Origin: Candidatus Thorarchaeota archaeon | Lineage (GTDB): Archaea > Asgardarchaeota > Thorarchaeia > Thorarchaeales > Thorarchaeaceae | Length of the DNA stretch: 10,794 bases | Direction of reading: 5' to 3' | Assembly: GCA_048884785.1 (NCBI GenBank) | Contig: JBHLQM010000083.1 | Location: 1 to 10,794, forward strand | In this document: piece by piece, positions 7,445-10,794 of the stretch | How the letters are laid out: each line of letters begins with the position of its first letter | Numbering within the stretch: position 1 is the stretch's first letter | The notes under the pieces: model-generated | Database searches by the model: none | Seen by the model: only the letters and a program-made list of their open reading frames with translations | What the model was told of the DNA's origin: nothing | Position numbers and translations under genes: made by a program

Positions 7445-8611
7445 ATGTTACAATTAGCAGAAGGAATGGATAGAATTCTGGGTGAAGGCGCACTCCAAGT
7501 GCTCAAGGAAGCTCACCAGCTTGAACAAGCAGGGAAAAAAATTATTCACTTTGAAATTGGGCAGCCTGATTTTCCTACACCAGACAGTATCAAGAGAGCA
7601 GGTATCCAAGCAATAGAAGACGATTTCACCCGGTATACTATGACCACAGGGATTCCTGAACTAAAACACGCAATTCAGGATGAGATAGAGTCAACTCGAT
7701 TCTTCAGACCAGACTTGGAGCAGATAGCAATACTACCTGGAGCAAAAACAGGTATCTATCTCTCAATGATTAGTATTTGTAATCCAAAGGACGAGGTCAT
7801 CTATCCAGACCCGGGATTCCCCACGTACCACTCTCTATGCCAATATATTGGTGCCAAGCCGGTTCCCATACAATTGAAGGAAGAGAATAGGTTTCGAATG
7901 AGTCCCGAAGACATCGCGAATGAGATTTCACCGAAAACAAAGATGATCATTCTAAACTCTCCTCAGAACCCAACTGGGAGCGTTATGACTAAAGAGGAAC
8001 TCGAACATGTAGCACTTATTGCTGAGGAGAATGATTGTTTCCTCCTTTCTGATGAGATCTACTCAAAATTAGTCTACGAAGTTGAGTTCTTCTCAGCAAC
8101 TTCGCATGATGAAGCAAGTGAGAGGTCAATTCTATTGGACGGTTTTTCGAAGTCCCACTCGATGACAGGGTGGAGACTTGGTTATCTAATAGGACCAAGA
8201 TTCTTTGTTGAAAAACTAGAAACTCTGATGGTGAACGCATTCACGTGTACTTCAGAATTTGTTCAGAAAGCTGGAATTGCAGCACTCAAAGGACCTCAAA
8301 ATGATCAAATTCGAATGCGGAGTGTCTTTCAGAAAAGACGCGATGCAATTGTAGATGGTTTGAACAATATTCCTGGTTTTAGATGTCAAAAATCACAAGG
8401 AGCCTTTTATGCATGGCCAAACATAACAGAAACAGGAATGTCATCCAAAAAGATGGCGCATTACCTGCTTCACGAAGCGGGGATTTCGTGCTTACCGGGT
8501 ACTGCCTTCGGAGCAGGAGGTGAGGGATATTTGCGCTTCTCTTATGCCACATCAATGGAAACAATTGCTGAGGCAATGATGTCGATACAAAAAGCTATCA
8601 CGAAGGTTTGA
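7445..8611 (+). CDS. Class I/II PLP-dependent aminotransferase (aspartate/aromatic aminotransferase-like)
   Basis: Motifs IGQPDFPTP, LNSPQNPTG, SDEIY, PLP-lysine motif GFSKSHSMTGWRLG and GYLRFSYA. Start is ATG 7445 or TTG 7430. Confidence 0.93.
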   Translation: MLQLAEGMDRILGEGALQVLKEAHQLEQAGKKIIHFEIGQPDFPTPDSIKRAGIQAIEDDFTRYTMTTGIPELKHAIQDEIESTRFFRPDLEQIAILPGAKTGIYLSMISICNPKDEVIYPDPGFPTYHSLCQYIGAKPVPIQLKEENRFRMSPEDIANEISPKTKMIILNSPQNPTGSVMTKEELEHVALIAEENDCFLLSDEIYSKLVYEVEFFSATSHDEASERSILLDGFSKSHSMTGWRLGYLIGPRFFVEKLETLMVNAFTCTSEFVQKAGIAALKGPQNDQIRMRSVFQKRRDAIVDGLNNIPGFRCQKSQGAFYAWPNITETGMSSKKMAHYLLHEAGISCLPGTAFGAGGEGYLRFSYATSMETIAEAMMSIQKAITKV

Positions 8612-9144
8612 AAGTGACAAGAAAGGTCCTAGTCGAGCCCTATAATAAAGAATGGTCTAAGATGTATAAAGAAGAGGCCAATAGGATTTTTCCAATCTTG
8701 AAGAATGAGATCATAGCAATGTATCATATAGGAAGTACATCAATTCCAGGAATGTGGGCAAAACCAATAATCGATATACTCCTAGAAGTTAGTGATATCA
8801 CCAAAATTGATGAATATGATGAAGCTATGATTTGCATCGGCTATGAACCAAGAGGAGAACTTGGAATTCCAGGTAGACGATATTTCAGTAAAGAGAAACC
8901 TGTAGACGTACGAACACATCACATCCATGCATATGAATCTGGGAACGCTGGGATTGAAAGGCATCTGGCATTTCGGGACTATATGATTGCACATCCTGAA
9001 GCGGCTCAAGAGTATATCAATCTGAAAAGGGAACTTGCACGAAGATATCCTTTGGATATTGACTCATATATTGCTGGAAAGGAATCCTTCGTGAGTGAAA
9101 TGGAATCAAAGGCAATACAGTGGTACAGGAAGCAAGCTAAATGA
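8608..9144 (+). CDS. GrpB family protein (UPF0157, nucleotidyltransferase-like fold)
   Basis: Motifs HIGSTSIPGMWAKPIIDI, GRRYF, HLAFRDYM, YxxLK and YxxGK. The start overlaps the aminotransferase stop (TTGA); GTG 8614 is an alternative. Confidence 0.9.
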   Translation: MKVTRKVLVEPYNKEWSKMYKEEANRIFPILKNEIIAMYHIGSTSIPGMWAKPIIDILLEVSDITKIDEYDEAMICIGYEPRGELGIPGRRYFSKEKPVDVRTHHIHAYESGNAGIERHLAFRDYMIAHPEAAQEYINLKRELARRYPLDIDSYIAGKESFVSEMESKAIQWYRKQAK

Positions 9145-9214
9145 TAAACATATGTTTCTTGATGCGTAAATGTTATACATCACATGATAATGGTCACTCA
9201 AGTCTGGAGCAGAT

Positions 9215-10396
9215 GTGATGTTCGAAGAACAGGGATTGAGCAGGGACAAGGTTCTCGAGAGCCTTGATACACTTCTTGCAAACGATGCGACATATCAATC
9301 AGGGCATCCTATAGCATCAATGTCAACAATTCCTCATAGTATAGGAGTTGAAGTCTTTTCTAGAACTCTTGAGAAAAACGCAGGTCGACTTCACACATTC
9401 AAAGGCTCTGCGCGGGTAGAACAAGAAGTCATTGAGATGATAGGGAGCCTCTTGAATCTGGACACACCGTATGGTACAACCACATCAGGTGGAACGGAAT
9501 CCAACATTCTGGCAATGCTAGCTGCACGAGAAACCTCAAAGAAAGTCGATAAACCTGAGATTATAGCACCGAACACTGTCCACTCCTCAGTTGATAAGGC
9601 GTCATGGCTTCTTGGTGTAAAGCTAATCAAAACACCTGTTGACAAAAGCTATCGTGCAAAACCTCAGTCAATAGAGGCAAAAATTTCGGAGAACACAATT
9701 GGTATTTTCTCCACTGCAGGTACAACATATCTCGGACAGGTTGATCCGATTAAAGAACTAGGCAGAATTGCTGCAGAGCATAAGATTCCTCTACATGTCG
9801 ACGCGGCCTTTGGTGGTTTTGTTTTACCCTTCCTTAATGACATATATGAAGCAAACATCGACTTTGATTTCAAAGTGAAAGGAGTCACAAGTATCAGTTC
9901 AGATCCTCACAAAATGGGGCTTGCACCCATTCCCGCTGGTTGTATTATATTCAAAAACAAAAGTTCTCTGAAAGCGATAACTCGTAAAGTGCCATATCTT
10001 CAGGGAGCAAGTTCGAAGCAAGCCTCAATTCTTGGCACTAGACCGGCTGCCTCAATCATTGCCACATGGGCAATAATGAAACACCTTGGTAGAGAAGGAT
10101 ATCGAGAGATTGTGAAAGACTGTATGAGAAGAACTCATATGGCATTGGATCGTATAAATCGTAATCCAATGCTCAGAAGTGCGATAGAACCTGTTATGAA
10201 CATCATTGGAATAATGAGTAAGGAAGTACCATTAGAAAGAGTAGTGCTCAAACTTGAAGCGAAGGGATGGAGAGTAGCTACATCTCCATTGCCTCCAACC
10301 TTGAGACTTGTAATCATGCCACACGTGGGAGAAGGCCCTCTTAATGCATTTTTGAATGATCTTGATGAAGCTGCTACAACGATACCTGCGGATTAA
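9215..10396 (+). CDS. mfnA: Group II PLP decarboxylase, archaeal L-tyrosine/L-aspartate decarboxylase
   Basis: Motifs SMSTIPH, TSGGTESN, HVDAAFGGFVLPF, PLP-lysine DPHKMGLAPIPAG and LRLVIMPH. Length of about 390 aa is typical of MfnA. Confidence 0.88.
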   Translation: MMFEEQGLSRDKVLESLDTLLANDATYQSGHPIASMSTIPHSIGVEVFSRTLEKNAGRLHTFKGSARVEQEVIEMIGSLLNLDTPYGTTTSGGTESNILAMLAARETSKKVDKPEIIAPNTVHSSVDKASWLLGVKLIKTPVDKSYRAKPQSIEAKISENTIGIFSTAGTTYLGQVDPIKELGRIAAEHKIPLHVDAAFGGFVLPFLNDIYEANIDFDFKVKGVTSISSDPHKMGLAPIPAGCIIFKNKSSLKAITRKVPYLQGASSKQASILGTRPAASIIATWAIMKHLGREGYREIVKDCMRRTHMALDRINRNPMLRSAIEPVMNIIGIMSKEVPLERVVLKLEAKGWRVATSPLPPTLRLVIMPHVGEGPLNAFLNDLDEAATTIPAD

Positions 10397-10401
10397 AGAA
10401 G

Positions 10402-10749
10402 CTATTTTGAAGTCTTTAGAGCATGCACATCTTCTTCTAGGTCCAAAATACGTCGATTCATCTCTATCATCGTATTAACTAAAAGAGATATTAGATAGCC
10501 ATAGTTTACTACATATTTGTTCTCCTTTCGATCAATGATGTTTGCTGTCTGTAATCGTATAGCAGCGTTTGTTATGGATTGCTTGGAAACATTCCGTTTT
10601 GACATTAGCTTATCTACAGTTTCGCGCACTTCTCGAGGTTCTACAGGTTCGCCCTTCAAATCATTGAGAAGACTGTGAAGAATCATTAAACCGGCACTCA
10701 TTCTTGGATTTGCAAGTTTTACAAATGCTTCGTCAAGATCAAGTATCAT
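10402..10749 (-). CDS. Hypothetical protein, putative winged-helix domain with C-terminal coiled coil
   Basis: ATG 10749 is preceded by AGGAG. SKQSITNAAIRLQTANIIDRKENKYVV resembles a recognition helix plus wing, and MNRRILDLEEDVHALK has a heptad pattern. Converges on mfnA with a 5-nt gap. Confidence 0.7.
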   Translation of the reverse strand: MILDLDEAFVKLANPRMSAGLMILHSLLNDLKGEPVEPREVRETVDKLMSKRNVSKQSITNAAIRLQTANIIDRKENKYVVNYGYLISLLVNTMIEMNRRILDLEEDVHALKTSK

Positions 10750-10794
10750 GTATTCTCTCCTACACGCAGGTTGGTGCAATTTAGTAAACGTTTG

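Noticed and set aside
1-10794. CRISPR array, IS element, integrase or selenoprotein/SECIS signals; remaining short ORFs nested in real genes
   Set aside because: No spaced repeats, terminal inverted repeats, recombinase motifs or in-frame TGA in conserved genes were seen. The nested ORFs are shadows of well-supported genes.

Overview
Archaeal-looking chromosomal window. This is inferred from mfnA, AGGTGA/GGAG-type ribosome-binding sites and an archaeal-style tRNA; an Asgard/Thorarchaeia-like origin is only a guess. Left to right it contains an APC amino-acid permease that runs off the left edge and is missing from the ORF track, an MFS transporter, and an alpha/beta hydrolase followed by a Zn-ribbon NUDIX hydrolase. 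Next come a second alpha/beta hydrolase, an intact tRNA-His(GUG) on the minus strand, an LLM-class flavin oxidoreductase, a 4-TM hypothetical protein, a class I/II PLP aminotransferase, a GrpB-family protein, MfnA and a winged-helix/coiled-coil protein. The main hidden structure is a degenerate direct copy of the tRNA-His 3' half (anticodon loop to CCA, 4604-4646) about 1.05 kb downstream of the tRNA. The 1009 bp between the two copies has no integrase. It carries a frameshifted C-terminal fragment of a diverged homologue of the neighbouring NUDIX gene plus an intact hydrolase. This looks like a tRNA-anchored mini-cassette or a chimera of two homologous loci. A TTGC-N7-GCAA palindrome occurs in both divergent intergenic regions.
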